Shown here piece by piece: positions 49,067 through 60,151 of a stretch of DNA of 64,000 nt. The position numbers and the translations under genes were made by a program. The notes below the pieces were generated by a model that saw only the letters and a program-made list of their open reading frames with translations, searched no databases and was not told the origin of the DNA. Positions within the stretch are counted from its first letter, which is position 1, and every line of letters begins with the position of its first letter. The stretch is from the NCBI GenBank assembly GCA_036267795.1, contig DATAVJ010000172.1, positions 14,302-78,301 of the forward strand, in the 5' to 3' direction. The stretch is from Rudaea sp. GTDB taxonomy: Bacteria; Pseudomonadota; Gammaproteobacteria; Xanthomonadales; Rhodanobacteraceae.

Positions 49067-49942
49067 ATGCCTCAAGTCACCATGCGCCAGATGCTCGAAG
49101 CGGGCGTCCACTTCGGTCATCAAACGCGTTACTGGAATCCGCGCATGTCGCCGTACATTTTCGGCGCGCGCGGCAAGATCCACATCATCAATCTGGAAAA
49201 GACGCTGCCGCTGTTCACGGACGCGATGAATTTCGTTTCCGGTCTTGCGCAGAAGCGCGGCACCATTCTCTTCGTCGGCACCAAGCGCTCCGCGCGTGAT
49301 GCGATCAAAGATGAAGCCGTGCGTTGCGGCATGCCCTACGTGAGCCAGCGCTGGCTCGGCGGCACGCTCACGAATTTCCGTACGGTGAAGCAGTCGGTCG
49401 GTCGCCTGAAAGAAATCGAGAAGATGTCGGCCGACGGCAGTTTCGAAAAGCTGGTCAAGCACGAAGTGCTGGGCCTCATTCGCGAGCAGGAAAAACTCGA
49501 GCGCTCACTGGGCGGCATCAAGGAAATGGGACGTCTGCCGGACGCACTGTTCGTGATCGACATCGGCCACGAAGACATCGCCGTGAAGGAAGCCAAGAAA
49601 CTCGGCATTCCGGTGATCGCGGTGGTGGATACGAATTACGATCCGACCCTCGTCGACTACGCCATTCCCGGCAACGACGATGCGATCCGCGCCGTGCAGC
49701 TTTATACGGCCGCCGTCGCCGATTCCGTGCTTGAAGGAAAGGCCGCGGCGCCGCAAATGGCTGGAACGGCGAAGGACGAATTCGTCGAACTCGACGCGCA
49801 AGGCAATCCGATGGCGAAAGAAGCGCGCGAGCGCGACGATCGCCGTCGTCCCGGACCGCGCAAGCCGGCGCCGAAGAAAGCCGCACCGCGCAGATCGGCG
49901 CCAGCGAAGAAAGAAGCCGGCGAAGCGCCAGCAGCCGAGTAA
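49067..49942 (+). CDS. rpsB: 30S ribosomal protein S2 with C-terminal extension
   Basis: [36 protein letters not shown]. Confidence 0.99.
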   Translation: MPQVTMRQMLEAGVHFGHQTRYWNPRMSPYIFGARGKIHIINLEKTLPLFTDAMNFVSGLAQKRGTILFVGTKRSARDAIKDEAVRCGMPYVSQRWLGGTLTNFRTVKQSVGRLKEIEKMSADGSFEKLVKHEVLGLIREQEKLERSLGGIKEMGRLPDALFVIDIGHEDIAVKEAKKLGIPVIAVVDTNYDPTLVDYAIPGNDDAIRAVQLYTAAVADSVLEGKAAAPQMAGTAKDEFVELDAQGNPMAKEARERDDRRRPGPRKPAPKKAAPRRSAPAKKEAGEAPAAE

Positions 49943-49954
49943 TTCGTATTGCGC

Positions 49955-49980
49955 ATGACGGCGTCGCTGGATGCCGTCAT
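49955..49980 (+). promoter_or_regulatory. Inverted repeat between rpsB and tsf (attenuator or processing hairpin)
   Basis: atgacggcgtc/gctg/gatgccgtcat. Confidence 0.45.
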
Positions 49981-50060
49981 CGCCCTGCCGTTTTCGACGA
50001 CGACACTTTCGCAATTCCCTTTTTTGCGCGGCTAGCTGCGCACCGATCACGAGGTTCACG

Positions 50061-50942
50061 ATGGAAATTACCGCAAGCATGGTCAAGGAGCTGCGCGAGC
50101 GTTCCGGCGCCGGCATGATGGAGTGCAAGAAAGCGCTCACCGAAAACAACGGCGATATCGACGCTGCCATCGAGTGGTTGCGCAAGCAGGGCTTGGCCAA
50201 GGCCGATAAAAAGGCCAGCCGCATCGCGGCCGAAGGCCGCATCGTCATGGCGCAGGACGGCGGCAAGGCCGTGATGGTGGAAATCAATTCCGAAACCGAT
50301 TTCGTCGCGAAGGATGAAAACTTTCTCAAGTTCGCCGATGAAGTGGCCAAGACGGCGCTGACCAGCGGCGCGAAGACCGTCGAAGAACTGAAGACGACAA
50401 AGACCTCCTATGGCCCGACTGTTGAAGAAGCACGTCAGTGGCTGGTAGCGAAGGTTGGCGAGAACGTGCAGATCCGCCGGCTCATGCGCCTCGACGGCAA
50501 CAACACGGTCGGTGCGTACGTCCACGGCGGCCGTATCGGCGTGCTCGTCGAGACGAAAGGCGGCGGCGAAGAATTCGCGCGCAGCGTAGCCATGCATGTG
50601 GCGGCCATGAATCCGCCGTACAACAAAGCCTCGGATGTGCCGGCCGCATTCATCGAGAAAGAAAAGGAAATCGAACTCGCCAAGATGAGCGAGAAAGACA
50701 AGGCCAAACCTGCGCCGATCCTCGAAAAGGTCATCGGCGGCAAACTCGCCAAGATCGTCAACGAAAACACGCTGTACGGCCAACCGTACGTGCTGAATAC
50801 GGATCAGAGCGTCGAGGCCGCGGCGAAGGCTGCGGGAGCGGATGTGCTGGGCTTCCAGCGTCTTGCGGTCGGCGAAGGTATCGAGAAACCGCAGGGCGAC
50901 GACTTTGCGACGGAAGTGATGAAGCAGGCGGGATTGAAGTAA
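50061..50942 (+). CDS. tsf: Elongation factor Ts
   Basis: [35 protein letters not shown]; GAGG SD. Confidence 0.99.
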   Translation: MEITASMVKELRERSGAGMMECKKALTENNGDIDAAIEWLRKQGLAKADKKASRIAAEGRIVMAQDGGKAVMVEINSETDFVAKDENFLKFADEVAKTALTSGAKTVEELKTTKTSYGPTVEEARQWLVAKVGENVQIRRLMRLDGNNTVGAYVHGGRIGVLVETKGGGEEFARSVAMHVAAMNPPYNKASDVPAAFIEKEKEIELAKMSEKDKAKPAPILEKVIGGKLAKIVNENTLYGQPYVLNTDQSVEAAAKAAGADVLGFQRLAVGEGIEKPQGDDFATEVMKQAGLK

Positions 50943-50965
50943 TTAATGCCCGCCATAGTTAGCAG

Positions 50966-50996
50966 AAAGGCCGCGGGTGATCGCGGCCTTTTTTTT
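50966..50996 (+). terminator. Intrinsic terminator after tsf
   Basis: aaggccgcg/ggtgat/cgcggcctt followed by a T run. Confidence 0.92.
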
Positions 50997-51047
50997 GCCC
51001 GCATCGGGTACAATTAGGTCATTAGCTAGACCCTAAAAGGACCATTG

Positions 51048-51332
51048 ATGGCCGCCAACTCCGTTGTCGTCAAAGCGCAGGTAGATGCGGCGCTCAAGCA
51101 AAATGCCGACAGCACATTGCGTTCGTTGGGTTTGGACATGACGTCGGCAATCCGCATGTTCCTAAGCCAGGTCGTTCTGCACGACGGTATTCCGTTCGAC
51201 GTGACAGTCCCCCATCCGAATCGGACGACATCGAATGCGGTCGCTGATTCGTTCGCGGGGAATGTCGAACCATCACCCTCCGTCGATCGTCTGTTCGCGA
51301 ACGCAAAGAAGACTCGCCGATCCAGGCGGTGA
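51048..51332 (+). CDS. RelB/DinJ family antitoxin
   Basis: VKAQVDAALKQNA...L.SLGLDMTSAIRMFL.QVV...GIPFDV..PN..T; TACAAT at 51009-51014. Confidence 0.9.
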   Translation: MAANSVVVKAQVDAALKQNADSTLRSLGLDMTSAIRMFLSQVVLHDGIPFDVTVPHPNRTTSNAVADSFAGNVEPSPSVDRLFANAKKTRRSRR

Positions 51333-51350
51333 CAACAAAGAGGCAAAGGA

Positions 51351-51670
51351 ATGCCGAAATCCAGCAGACCGGACCGCCGTTCGGTCCGAACGACGAGTGC
51401 ATTCCGTAAAGATCTCACTCGCGCTCTTGGTCATCGCAAATGCGATGTAACGCGGCTGCGTTTCATAATGGAATGTCTGAGCAATACCGGCCGCTCGACC
51501 GTCGATATCTCGATCACGCACTGAATGGCCACTTCCCGAACCAGCGCTCTGGACAGACCGGGTGCCGCGAAAGCCACGTCAGCAACGATTGGCTGCTTGT
51601 CTACCGCTTGCCCGACGAAAAGAGCATCGATTTCATCCGCACCGGCACGCATTCGGATTTGTTCGGTTGA
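51351..51670 (+). pseudogene. YafQ-family mRNA interferase toxin, frameshifted (one base short near 51486)
   Basis: Frame from ATG 51351 (SD GAGG/AGGA) gives RTTSAFRKDL...CLSN and stops at 51524; other frame continues RPLDRRYLDHALNG...RESHVSNDWLLVY...RTGTHSDLFG. Confidence 0.85.
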
Positions 51671-51736
51671 CGATGTCGCTGCATGCGGTTCGCCGCTCGC
51701 GTAAACTAGCGCCGTTTGCACCGCCGGAATTCCCGC

Positions 51737-52453
51737 ATGCCCGCTGAGATCAAGTTCAAACGCATTCTCTTGAAACTCAGCGGCGAAGCATTGATGGGCG
51801 AAGCCGATTACGGCATCGATCCGAAAGTCATCACGCGGCTGGCCAGCGAAGTCCTCGAAGTGCAGCGCGCCGGCGTCGAAGTGGCGCTCGTCATCGGCGG
51901 CGGCAATATTTTTCGCGGCGAAGGGTTGGCGAAGAAAGGAATGGACCGCGTCACCGGCGATCACATGGGCATGCTCGCCACCGTCATCAACGCGCTGGCG
52001 ATGCAGGACGCGCTCGAAAAACTCGGCGCGCGTGCGCGCGTGATGAGCGCGATCAAGATCAATGAAGTTTGCGAGGATTTCATCCGCCGGCGCGCCATCC
52101 GCCATCTCGAAAAAGGGCGCATGACGATCTTCGCCGCAGGTACCGGCAATCCGTTCTTCACGACCGATTCCGCGGCCGCGTTGCGCGCGATCGAGATCAA
52201 TGCCGATCTTCTGCTGAAGGCCACGAAAGTGGACGGCGTGTATTCCGCCGATCCGAAGAAGGATCAGAATGCCCAGCGCTTCGAGCGTCTTTCGTACGAC
52301 CAGGTCATCGAACACAAGCTCGCCGTGATGGACACGGCGGCCATCGCGCTGTGCCGCGATCACAAGATTCCGCTGCGCATTTACGACATGAGCCGCGAGG
52401 GCGATCTGATGCGCATCATCCGCGGCGAGCAGATAGGTACGCTCGTCAGTTAA
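51737..52453 (+). CDS. pyrH: Uridylate kinase
   Basis: [43 protein letters not shown]; TAAACT -10-like at 51702-51707. Confidence 0.99.
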   Translation: MPAEIKFKRILLKLSGEALMGEADYGIDPKVITRLASEVLEVQRAGVEVALVIGGGNIFRGEGLAKKGMDRVTGDHMGMLATVINALAMQDALEKLGARARVMSAIKINEVCEDFIRRRAIRHLEKGRMTIFAAGTGNPFFTTDSAAALRAIEINADLLLKATKVDGVYSADPKKDQNAQRFERLSYDQVIEHKLAVMDTAAIALCRDHKIPLRIYDMSREGDLMRIIRGEQIGTLVS

Positions 52454-52485
52454 GCGCAGTGCCGGGACGCGGGCCCGGCATGCGC

Positions 52486-52494
52486 TGATATACT
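52486..52494 (+). promoter_or_regulatory. Extended -10 promoter element for frr
   Basis: TG-a-TATACT about 30 nt before the frr ATG. Confidence 0.5.
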
Positions 52495-52523
52495 TTGCGG
52501 ATCGACAATCCGCGGAGTCACGC

Positions 52524-53081
52524 ATGTTGAACGACATCAAATCCGACGCGCAACAGCGCATGAGCAAGAGCGTCGATGCGCTCAAGCACGATCTGCAGCG
52601 TCTGCGCACGGGCCGCGCCAGCACGGCGCTGATCGAACATCTCAAAGTGAATTACTACGGCTCGGATGTTCCGATCACGCAGGTCGCCAACGTCGCCGTC
52701 GCCGACGCGCGCTCGATCACGATCACGCCGTGGGAGAAGAACATGGTGCAGGCCGTCGAGAAATCCATTCTCGCGTCCGATCTCGGCCTCAATCCCACCA
52801 CGGCCGGCACGGTGATCCGCATCAATCTGCCGGCGCTGACGGAAGAACGGCGCAAGGAATTGTCCAAGCACGTGGCGCACGAAGGCGAGAATGCGAAAGT
52901 GGCGATCCGCAACGTGCGCCGCGACGCGATGCAGCACGTGAAGGAATTGCTGAAGGACAAGAAGATCACCGAAGACGAAGAGCGCCGCGCAGAAGACGAA
53001 GTGCAGAAGCTCACGGACAAGTTCGTCAAGGACGTCGATGGCGTCGTCAAGACGAAAGAAGACGAACTGATGGCGCTGTGA
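52524..53081 (+). CDS. frr: Ribosome recycling factor
   Basis: [37 protein letters not shown]. Confidence 0.99.
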   Translation: MLNDIKSDAQQRMSKSVDALKHDLQRLRTGRASTALIEHLKVNYYGSDVPITQVANVAVADARSITITPWEKNMVQAVEKSILASDLGLNPTTAGTVIRINLPALTEERRKELSKHVAHEGENAKVAIRNVRRDAMQHVKELLKDKKITEDEERRAEDEVQKLTDKFVKDVDGVVKTKEDELMAL

Positions 53082-53094
53082 CCGGCCGCATCGC

Positions 53095-53901
53095 GTGGAG
53101 GGGAACCTGAGTTCAGCGGAGCCAGCGGCAGCGCCGGAAAATGTGGAAAATTCCACATTGCGGCGTCCGCGGCATATCGCCATCGTGATGGACGGCAACG
53201 GCCGCTGGGCAAAGCAGCGGCATCGTCCGCGCAGTTTTGGCCATCGCGCGGGACAGAAAGCCGTGCGCGGCGCGATCGAGTTTTGCCTCAAGAACGGCAT
53301 CGAAGCGCTGACGCTATTCGCATTCTCCAGCGAAAACTGGCAACGGCCGAAGAGCGAAGTCAGCGCACTGATGGAATTGTTCCTGAAAGCGCTCGATCGG
53401 GAAGTCGCGGAGTTGCACGGCCATGGCGTGCGCATTCAGTTCATCGGCGAACTTGCGGCGTTCGCGCCGGCGCTGCGCGAACGCATGCTTGCCGCGATGA
53501 CGAAGACGCAGGGAAATTCGACGCTGGCGTTGAACGTCGCCGTCAACTATGGTGGGCGTTGGGATATCGCCAACGCGGCGAAGAATCTGGCGCAGTCGGT
53601 TGCCAAAGGCGATGTCGACATCGACTCGATCGACGAATCCAAACTGGCGTCGTACATGAGTCTCGCCGATTTGCCGCCCGTCGATCTTTTCATCCGCACC
53701 AGCGGTGAACAGCGCATCAGCAATTTCCTGTTATGGCAATTGGCTTACGCTGAATTGTATTTCTGCGATACGCTGTGGCCCGATTTCGACCAATCGAGCC
53801 TGCAAGACGCCGTGAATGATTTCGCCGGACGAGAACGCCGTTACGGAAAAACCGCCGTGCAGATGACGCCGTCCGGTTCCAAACGCACGAGCCGCTCATG
53901 A
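53095..53901 (+). CDS. uppS: Undecaprenyl diphosphate synthase
   Basis: HIAIVMDGNGRWA, FAFSSENWQRP, IRTSGEQRISNFLLWQ. Confidence 0.98.
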   Translation: MEGNLSSAEPAAAPENVENSTLRRPRHIAIVMDGNGRWAKQRHRPRSFGHRAGQKAVRGAIEFCLKNGIEALTLFAFSSENWQRPKSEVSALMELFLKALDREVAELHGHGVRIQFIGELAAFAPALRERMLAAMTKTQGNSTLALNVAVNYGGRWDIANAAKNLAQSVAKGDVDIDSIDESKLASYMSLADLPPVDLFIRTSGEQRISNFLLWQLAYAELYFCDTLWPDFDQSSLQDAVNDFAGRERRYGKTAVQMTPSGSKRTSRS

Positions 53902-54731
53902 GCGCTAAAGGCGGTATCCGCCAACGCGTGATCACGGCGCTGCTCATCACGCCGTGCGCCATCGCGCTGATCTTGCTGACGCCCACCGTCGCACTTGCGG
54001 TAATCATCGCCGCGTTGTGCCTCGTCGCGTCGTGGGAATGGACGCGGCTCGCGGGAATGCGTTCGCGTCCGCTGCGCGCGCTGCTGATGGTGTTTTGCGT
54101 CGGCCTGATGACTGCGCTGTGGTTGAACAAAGGTTCGCTGTTCTGGTGGGGAACCATCGCGGTCGGCGCGGTATGGTGGTTCATCGCGGCGCTTTGGCTG
54201 AAACATTATTCGTTCGCGGCGGCGCCGACGCGCGAGAACACTGCGATCAAACTCGTTGCCGGCCTGGTTGCCGTATTTCCGGCGTGGGCCGCGTTGATGC
54301 AGATTCACGATCAACAACGCGACTATCACACATGGGCGCTGTACTCGCTCTTGCTCGTCTGGGGCGCGGATACGTTTGCCTACATTTCCGGCCGGCGTTG
54401 GGGCAAACGCAAACTTGCGCCGAACATCAGCCCCGGCAAAACCACCGCCGGCGTGTGGGGCGCGTTGATCGGTTCGGCGATCGTTGCCGGTGTCGGCGGG
54501 TGGCTGTTGAATGTGCGGGGCATTCAACTCGCCGCGATCATTGTTCTCGCGTTGATTTCCGTTTTGTTTTCCGTCGTGGGCGATCTTTTCGAAAGCGTCA
54601 TCAAACGACACGCCAACGTCAAGGATTCCGGCGCGATGTTTCCCGGCCACGGCGGCGTGTTCGATCGCCTCGACGGCGCATTCGCGGCATTGCCGATTTT
54701 CGCGTTGGGAAAATCCCTGCTGGGCTTATGA
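53898..54731 (+). CDS. cdsA: Phosphatidate cytidylyltransferase
   Basis: [23 protein letters not shown]...VKDSG..FPGHGG.FDR.D. Confidence 0.97.
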   Translation: MSAKGGIRQRVITALLITPCAIALILLTPTVALAVIIAALCLVASWEWTRLAGMRSRPLRALLMVFCVGLMTALWLNKGSLFWWGTIAVGAVWWFIAALWLKHYSFAAAPTRENTAIKLVAGLVAVFPAWAALMQIHDQQRDYHTWALYSLLLVWGADTFAYISGRRWGKRKLAPNISPGKTTAGVWGALIGSAIVAGVGGWLLNVRGIQLAAIIVLALISVLFSVVGDLFESVIKRHANVKDSGAMFPGHGGVFDRLDGAFAALPIFALGKSLLGL

Positions 54732-55918
54732 GCACGACGGCGATGAAACGCGTCGCGATTCTCGGCGCGACGGGCTCGATCGGTTCGAGCGCACTGGACG
54801 TCATCGCGCGCCATCCCGACCGCTTCCGGATTTGCGCGCTCGCGGCGCACCGAAAGATCGATGAGCTGGTCGCGTTGTGCGTGCGATTCAAACCCGAGCT
54901 CGCGGTCATCGCCGATGATACCCTGCTGGCTTTGTTGCGCGACAAACTCGTGAGCGCCGGCTCGTCGGCGCGCGCGGCGAGCGGCACGTCCGGTCTGCGC
55001 GAAGCGGCGAGCGGCGAAGCCGATATCGTCATCGCAGCCATCGTCGGCGCGGCCGGACTGGAATCCACGCTCGCCGCGGCGCGCGCGGGTAAACGGCTGC
55101 TGTTGGCGAACAAGGAATCGGTCGTGATGGCCGGTCCGCTGTTGCTGGAAGCGTTGCGCGATGGCGGCGGCGAACTGATTCCCATCGATTCGGAACACAA
55201 TGCGATTTTTCAATGTTTGCCGCGCGAACATCGTCGTCTCGACGCGATCGGCGTACGCCGCATCATTCTCACGGCGTCCGGCGGACCGTTCCGCGGCAAG
55301 ACGCGCGAACAACTCGCCGCGGTCACGCCGGACGAAGCGTGCGCGCATCCGAAGTGGTCGATGGGCCGCAAGATTTCCGTGGACTCTGCGACGCTGATGA
55401 ACAAGGGCCTCGAAGTGATCGAGGCGCATTGGCTGTTCGGCGCGGCGGAGGATCGGATCGATGTCGTCGTGCATCCGCAAAGCATCGTGCATTCGCTGGT
55501 CGAATACGTGGACGGTTCGACGCTGGCACAGCTCGGCAATCCGGATATGCGCACGGCGCTGGCGCACGCGTTGGCTTGGCCCGAACGCGCCGATGCGGGC
55601 GTGAACGCGCTCGATCTTTCGAAACTCTCGCAACTGAATTTCGAAGAGCCCGACCGAAAGACATTTCGTTGTCTGGATCTGGGCTATCAGGCGTTGCGGG
55701 CCGGCGGAACGGCGCCGGCGATTTTGAACGCGGCCAACGAGATCGCGGTTGGCGCTTTTCTCGAAGGCGCACTGCCCTTCCTTGCCATTCCTGAATTGAT
55801 CGAAGGCACGCTTGGCGCAATGGCCGCTGAACCGGTCGGCGATCTGGAGAGCCTGGTTTACGCCGATTTAACCGCCCGCCAGTTAGCGCAACGTATGATG
55901 CGCCGGTCGTTTTGCTGA
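54728..55918 (+). CDS. dxr: 1-deoxy-D-xylulose 5-phosphate reductoisomerase
   Basis: [47 protein letters not shown]; ATGA coupling to cdsA. Confidence 0.98.
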   Translation: MSTTAMKRVAILGATGSIGSSALDVIARHPDRFRICALAAHRKIDELVALCVRFKPELAVIADDTLLALLRDKLVSAGSSARAASGTSGLREAASGEADIVIAAIVGAAGLESTLAAARAGKRLLLANKESVVMAGPLLLEALRDGGGELIPIDSEHNAIFQCLPREHRRLDAIGVRRIILTASGGPFRGKTREQLAAVTPDEACAHPKWSMGRKISVDSATLMNKGLEVIEAHWLFGAAEDRIDVVVHPQSIVHSLVEYVDGSTLAQLGNPDMRTALAHALAWPERADAGVNALDLSKLSQLNFEEPDRKTFRCLDLGYQALRAGGTAPAILNAANEIAVGAFLEGALPFLAIPELIEGTLGAMAAEPVGDLESLVYADLTARQLAQRMMRRSFC

Positions 55919-56063
55919 GCGTCGGGAATGGGCATCTGCAATTGAATTTGGCCGGAGCGAACGCCAAACCGTCTATAATTCGCAGTTCGGTATCGCGCCG
56001 CGCTTTCGGGTCGCGCTTTCCGTTCGTCCACGTCGCGCGATGGCTACCCACATTTGAACAGGC

Positions 56064-57422
56064 ATGTCGATGAGTGAGTTTTTCGGGTCCGCCTGGTGGC
56101 TGCTGGTTACGCTCGGCGTTTTAGTGACGTTGCACGAGTTCGGCCATTTTTGGGTGGCGCGCCGTTGCGGCGTCAAAGTGCTGCGCTTTTCCATCGGCTT
56201 CGGCAAGCCCGTCTGGTCGCGTTTCGGCAGAGACGGCGTGGAATATGCCATCGGCGCTATTCCTCTCGGCGGCTACGTGAAATTTCTCGACGCGCGTGAA
56301 TCCGATAACCCCGACCTGGTCGCGGGCCAGCCCGGCGAATACAACTCGGCGAAAATCTGGAAGCGCATCTGCATCGCGCTGGCCGGTCCCGCGTTCAATC
56401 TCCTGTTCACGATCGTGGCGTTCTGGGCGATGTTCGTGATCGGACGTCCCGATTTCGAACCGGTCATCGGCAAACCGCAAGGTCTCGCCGCGGCCGCGGG
56501 ATTGCACGCGGGCGACCGCATCGTCGCCGTGGGCGACGAGTCCGTCAGTTCATGGACGGCGGCAATGCTCGCGATGCAGGATTCACTGATTCCGCGGCGC
56601 GATAGCACGATCAGCGTCACCGATGTGCAAGGCCACACGTCGCAACACACGCTCGCATTGAGTTCGATTCCGCGCGATGCGGCGCTCGACGAGAAAATGA
56701 TCGCGACGATCGGACTCGAACCGCAGCCGCCAGCGGCCATTATCGGCGCCGTGGAAGCCGGCTCGCCGGCCGACCGCGGCGGACTCAAGATCGACGACCG
56801 TATCACTCGGATCAACGATTCCAGCATCGACACGTTCAGCGACGTGAGCGCCGCCATCGCGCGGGAAGCGGCGAAAAATCCTGTGTTGAATATCGTCGTG
56901 CAACGCGATGGTCAACGCGTACCGTTGACGGTGACTGCGCAAACCACGCCAGCCGACGGCCAGACGGGCTGGAAAATCGGCGTCGGCGTGAAAGCGCAGC
57001 TCATGAGCGCCATCGAGCGCTATGGCGTCGTTCGAGCCATTCCCGCCGCGTTCAACGAAATGTGGAAAACGACGCGCAGCACGCTCGGCATCCTGAAAGG
57101 AATGATCACGGGCGAGGTTTCGCCGAAGAATTTGTCGAGCGTCATCGGTATCGCGCAGGTCGCCAACGCATCGGCGCAAATGGGCGTCGCGTGGTTCTTC
57201 TCGTTTCTTGGAGTGATCTCGCTCAGTCTCGGGATACTCAATCTTTTACCTATTCCGATCTTGGACGGCGGGCACGTGCTGTATTACCTTATCGAGTTGG
57301 TCAAAGGCAGTCCCGTGAGCGAACGCGCGGCGATGGCGGGCCAATACGTAGGACTGGCGCTGCTCGTCACGTTGATGAGCGTCGCGTTTTACAACGATAT
57401 TGCAAGGTTGGTGGCGAGCTGA
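56064..57422 (+). CDS. rseP: RIP metalloprotease RseP
   Basis: HEFGH, PLGGYV, AGPAFN, two PDZ domains, NLLPIPILDGGH. Confidence 0.97.
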   Translation: MSMSEFFGSAWWLLVTLGVLVTLHEFGHFWVARRCGVKVLRFSIGFGKPVWSRFGRDGVEYAIGAIPLGGYVKFLDARESDNPDLVAGQPGEYNSAKIWKRICIALAGPAFNLLFTIVAFWAMFVIGRPDFEPVIGKPQGLAAAAGLHAGDRIVAVGDESVSSWTAAMLAMQDSLIPRRDSTISVTDVQGHTSQHTLALSSIPRDAALDEKMIATIGLEPQPPAAIIGAVEAGSPADRGGLKIDDRITRINDSSIDTFSDVSAAIAREAAKNPVLNIVVQRDGQRVPLTVTAQTTPADGQTGWKIGVGVKAQLMSAIERYGVVRAIPAAFNEMWKTTRSTLGILKGMITGEVSPKNLSSVIGIAQVANASAQMGVAWFFSFLGVISLSLGILNLLPIPILDGGHVLYYLIELVKGSPVSERAAMAGQYVGLALLVTLMSVAFYNDIARLVAS

Positions 57423-57587
57423 AGGCAACGCCGGCCGCATTGCCGTGATTCGAATCGAGCGCAGGAAGCGCGCAAGGGATGGGGCCGTGCGCGTTTTCTG
57501 CGATAAATAAAAATACCCGTTTGACGCGTCGGTTTTTGATGCGCCGTTTTTCAACACGATGTGCAACTACAACTTTTGGAAGTGACG

Positions 57588-60056
57588 ATGAAGCGTATCG
57601 CCGCGTTTTTACTGCTCGCCTGCCTCGCCGCAAACACGTACGCGATCGATCCGTTCGTCGCTTCCGACATCCGCATCGACGGATTGCAGCGCATCTCCGC
57701 CGGTACCGTGTTCACGTATCTGCCGGTGGAAAAAGGCGATCGGGTCACTACCGAACGTGTGCAGCAAGCGATCCGCGCGCTGTACAAAACCGGATTCTTC
57801 AGCGACGTGCAGATCGCGCGGCAGGACGACATCCTCGTCATCACCGTGAAGGAGCGCCCGGCGATTTCGAAAATCCAGATCAAGGGCAATAAAGACTTGA
57901 AGTCGGAGGATTTGCTGAAAGGCCTTAAAGATATCGGCCTGGCGGAAGGCGAACCGTTCGACCGTCTTTCGCTCGACCGCATCACGCAGGAGTTGACGCG
58001 CCAGTACTACAACCATGGCAAATACAACGTCACCGTGAAACCGAAAGTGGTCGAGCTCGATCGCAACCGCGTGGAGCTTTCGATCGTCATCGCCGAAGGC
58101 AAGATTTCCAAGATCAAGCAGATCAACATCGTCGGCAATCACTCCTTTACGCAGGATGAAATTCGCAGCGACTTCGAATCGGATACATCCAACATCACCT
58201 CGTGGTATTCGCATGACGATCAGTATTCGCAAGAAAAACTGAGAGGCGATCTGGAAAAACTCAATTCGTATTATCTCGATCGCGGCTATGTGGATTTCAG
58301 CGTGGATTCCACGCAGGTCAGCATCAGCCCCGACAAGCGCGCGATGTATTTGACGGCGAACGTGACCGAAGGCCAGATTTTCACGATCTCCGACATCAAG
58401 CTCAGCGGCAGCCTCGTGCTCGCCGAAGAAGACATGGCCAAGCTGATCACCGCCAAAACCGGCGAAGTGTTCTCGCGCCAGAAACTCGAAAAATCCGCCC
58501 AGCAAATGACGGCGGTGCTGGCGAACATCGGCTACGCGTTCGCGCAAGTCACGCCGATCCCGACCGTCGATCGCGAAAAACGGCTGGTGGCGATCAACTT
58601 TTTCGTCAATCCCGGCAAGCGCGTCTATGTGCGCTTCATCAACATCAAGGGCAATCACAGCACGCAGGATGAAGTGATCCGCCGCGAAATGCGCCAGCTC
58701 GAAGGCGCGTGGTATTCGCAGGCAGCGATCGATCGCTCGAAGGTGCGCCTGCAGCGTCTCGGCTACTTCAAGAAAGTCGACATCACCACACCGAAAGTGG
58801 CGGGTTCGGACGATCAGGTCGACGTGCTCGTCAACGTCGAGGAAACCACGTCCGGTGCCTTCACGTTCGGACTCGGTTATTCGCAGGTATACGGCATCGT
58901 GCTCAGCGCTTCGGTGTCGCAGAACAATTTCCTCGGCACGGGCGACCGCGCGTCGATTACCGCATCGAAGAGCGACTTCCTCGAGAAATACGAGCTGTCG
59001 TACTTCCAGCCCTACCTGACGACGGACGGTATCGGCCTCGGCTACGACGTGTCGTACTCGAAACTCAATCAACAGGAAGCGAACCTCGCCAACTACCTCA
59101 GCAATACGGCGGCGTTCGCAGGCTATATCGGCATTCCGATTTCGGAAAGCGACGCTGTCAACGTGCAGCTCGGTATCAACAAGACGCAAATCCTGACCAG
59201 CTTCAGCGGATGCGAGCCTGACGCAAACGGCAACTGCGTCATCGATCCGACGACCGGTTTGCCGGTCCAGATAACCGAGGCTTTCTCGCCCGTACCGATC
59301 GACAACTACATCAAGCAGCTCAATCACAACACGTTCCACGAATGGACGCTGCAAACGTCGTGGGCGCACGACACGCGCAACAAGTATTTCAATCCGACGC
59401 ACGGTTCGCTGCAGCAGTTCTCCGCCGAAATCGCGCTGCCCGGGTCGACGGTCGAGTACTACAAGCTCGTTTATCGTTACGCGCAATATTTCCCGATCGC
59501 GCAAGACTTCACCTTTGAAGGCTCCGCGACGGTCGGTTACGGCAACACGTATCGCGCCGCCAACGGCATCAATCCGGACACGGGCGCACCGATCAAAGTG
59601 AACGGACTGCCGTTCTTCGAAAATTTCTACGCCGGCGGCATTTCCGATGTGCGCAGCTTCCGCGACAACACGCTGGGCCCCTACGGAGTTGCGCTGGGAT
59701 GCGCCCCGACGGACACGAGCCAGTATTGCCGGCAGCCCTTCGGCGGCAACCTCAAGACGGTGGCGTCGGCGGAACTGATCGTTCCTACGCCGTTCGTGAA
59801 AGACGACAGCGCGACACGGCTGTCGTGGTATGTCGACGTCGGCAACGTATTCAACCTGCACAATCGCTCCCTCGGCACCGACGGCATATACGGCAACGAA
59901 GGCTTCTCGTTCGGCGACCTGCGGGCGTCCACGGGCATTTCGTTGCATTGGCAGGCACCGGTCGGACCCATCGTGATCAACCTCGGGCGTCCCATCCGCA
60001 GCAAGCCGGGCGATATCGGCGAGACGCTGCAGTTCAATTTCGGCACCACGTTCTGA
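57588..60056 (+). CDS. bamA: Outer membrane protein assembly factor BamA
   Basis: Signal peptide; POTRA repeats (IRIDGLQRI, DEVIRREMRQLEG); barrel; C-terminal LQFNFGTTF. Confidence 0.98.
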   Translation: MKRIAAFLLLACLAANTYAIDPFVASDIRIDGLQRISAGTVFTYLPVEKGDRVTTERVQQAIRALYKTGFFSDVQIARQDDILVITVKERPAISKIQIKGNKDLKSEDLLKGLKDIGLAEGEPFDRLSLDRITQELTRQYYNHGKYNVTVKPKVVELDRNRVELSIVIAEGKISKIKQINIVGNHSFTQDEIRSDFESDTSNITSWYSHDDQYSQEKLRGDLEKLNSYYLDRGYVDFSVDSTQVSISPDKRAMYLTANVTEGQIFTISDIKLSGSLVLAEEDMAKLITAKTGEVFSRQKLEKSAQQMTAVLANIGYAFAQVTPIPTVDREKRLVAINFFVNPGKRVYVRFINIKGNHSTQDEVIRREMRQLEGAWYSQAAIDRSKVRLQRLGYFKKVDITTPKVAGSDDQVDVLVNVEETTSGAFTFGLGYSQVYGIVLSASVSQNNFLGTGDRASITASKSDFLEKYELSYFQPYLTTDGIGLGYDVSYSKLNQQEANLANYLSNTAAFAGYIGIPISESDAVNVQLGINKTQILTSFSGCEPDANGNCVIDPTTGLPVQITEAFSPVPIDNYIKQLNHNTFHEWTLQTSWAHDTRNKYFNPTHGSLQQFSAEIALPGSTVEYYKLVYRYAQYFPIAQDFTFEGSATVGYGNTYRAANGINPDTGAPIKVNGLPFFENFYAGGISDVRSFRDNTLGPYGVALGCAPTDTSQYCRQPFGGNLKTVASAELIVPTPFVKDDSATRLSWYVDVGNVFNLHNRSLGTDGIYGNEGFSFGDLRASTGISLHWQAPVGPIVINLGRPIRSKPGDIGETLQFNFGTTF

Positions 60057-60151
60057 ACGAGGGGCGCTAAGATAGGGGCCACGGCGGTCGCAGGGGTGAG
60101 TTCGCCGAAACGGTCATTGACGAGCTCCGACGCAGCCAGCGAGGCATTAGG

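Noticed and set aside
57609-59948. 779-aa ORF antisense to bamA, and similar long antisense ORFs (21757-23856, 40589-42262, 54524-55633)
   Set aside because: No recognisable motifs; they mirror well-supported genes in codon register.
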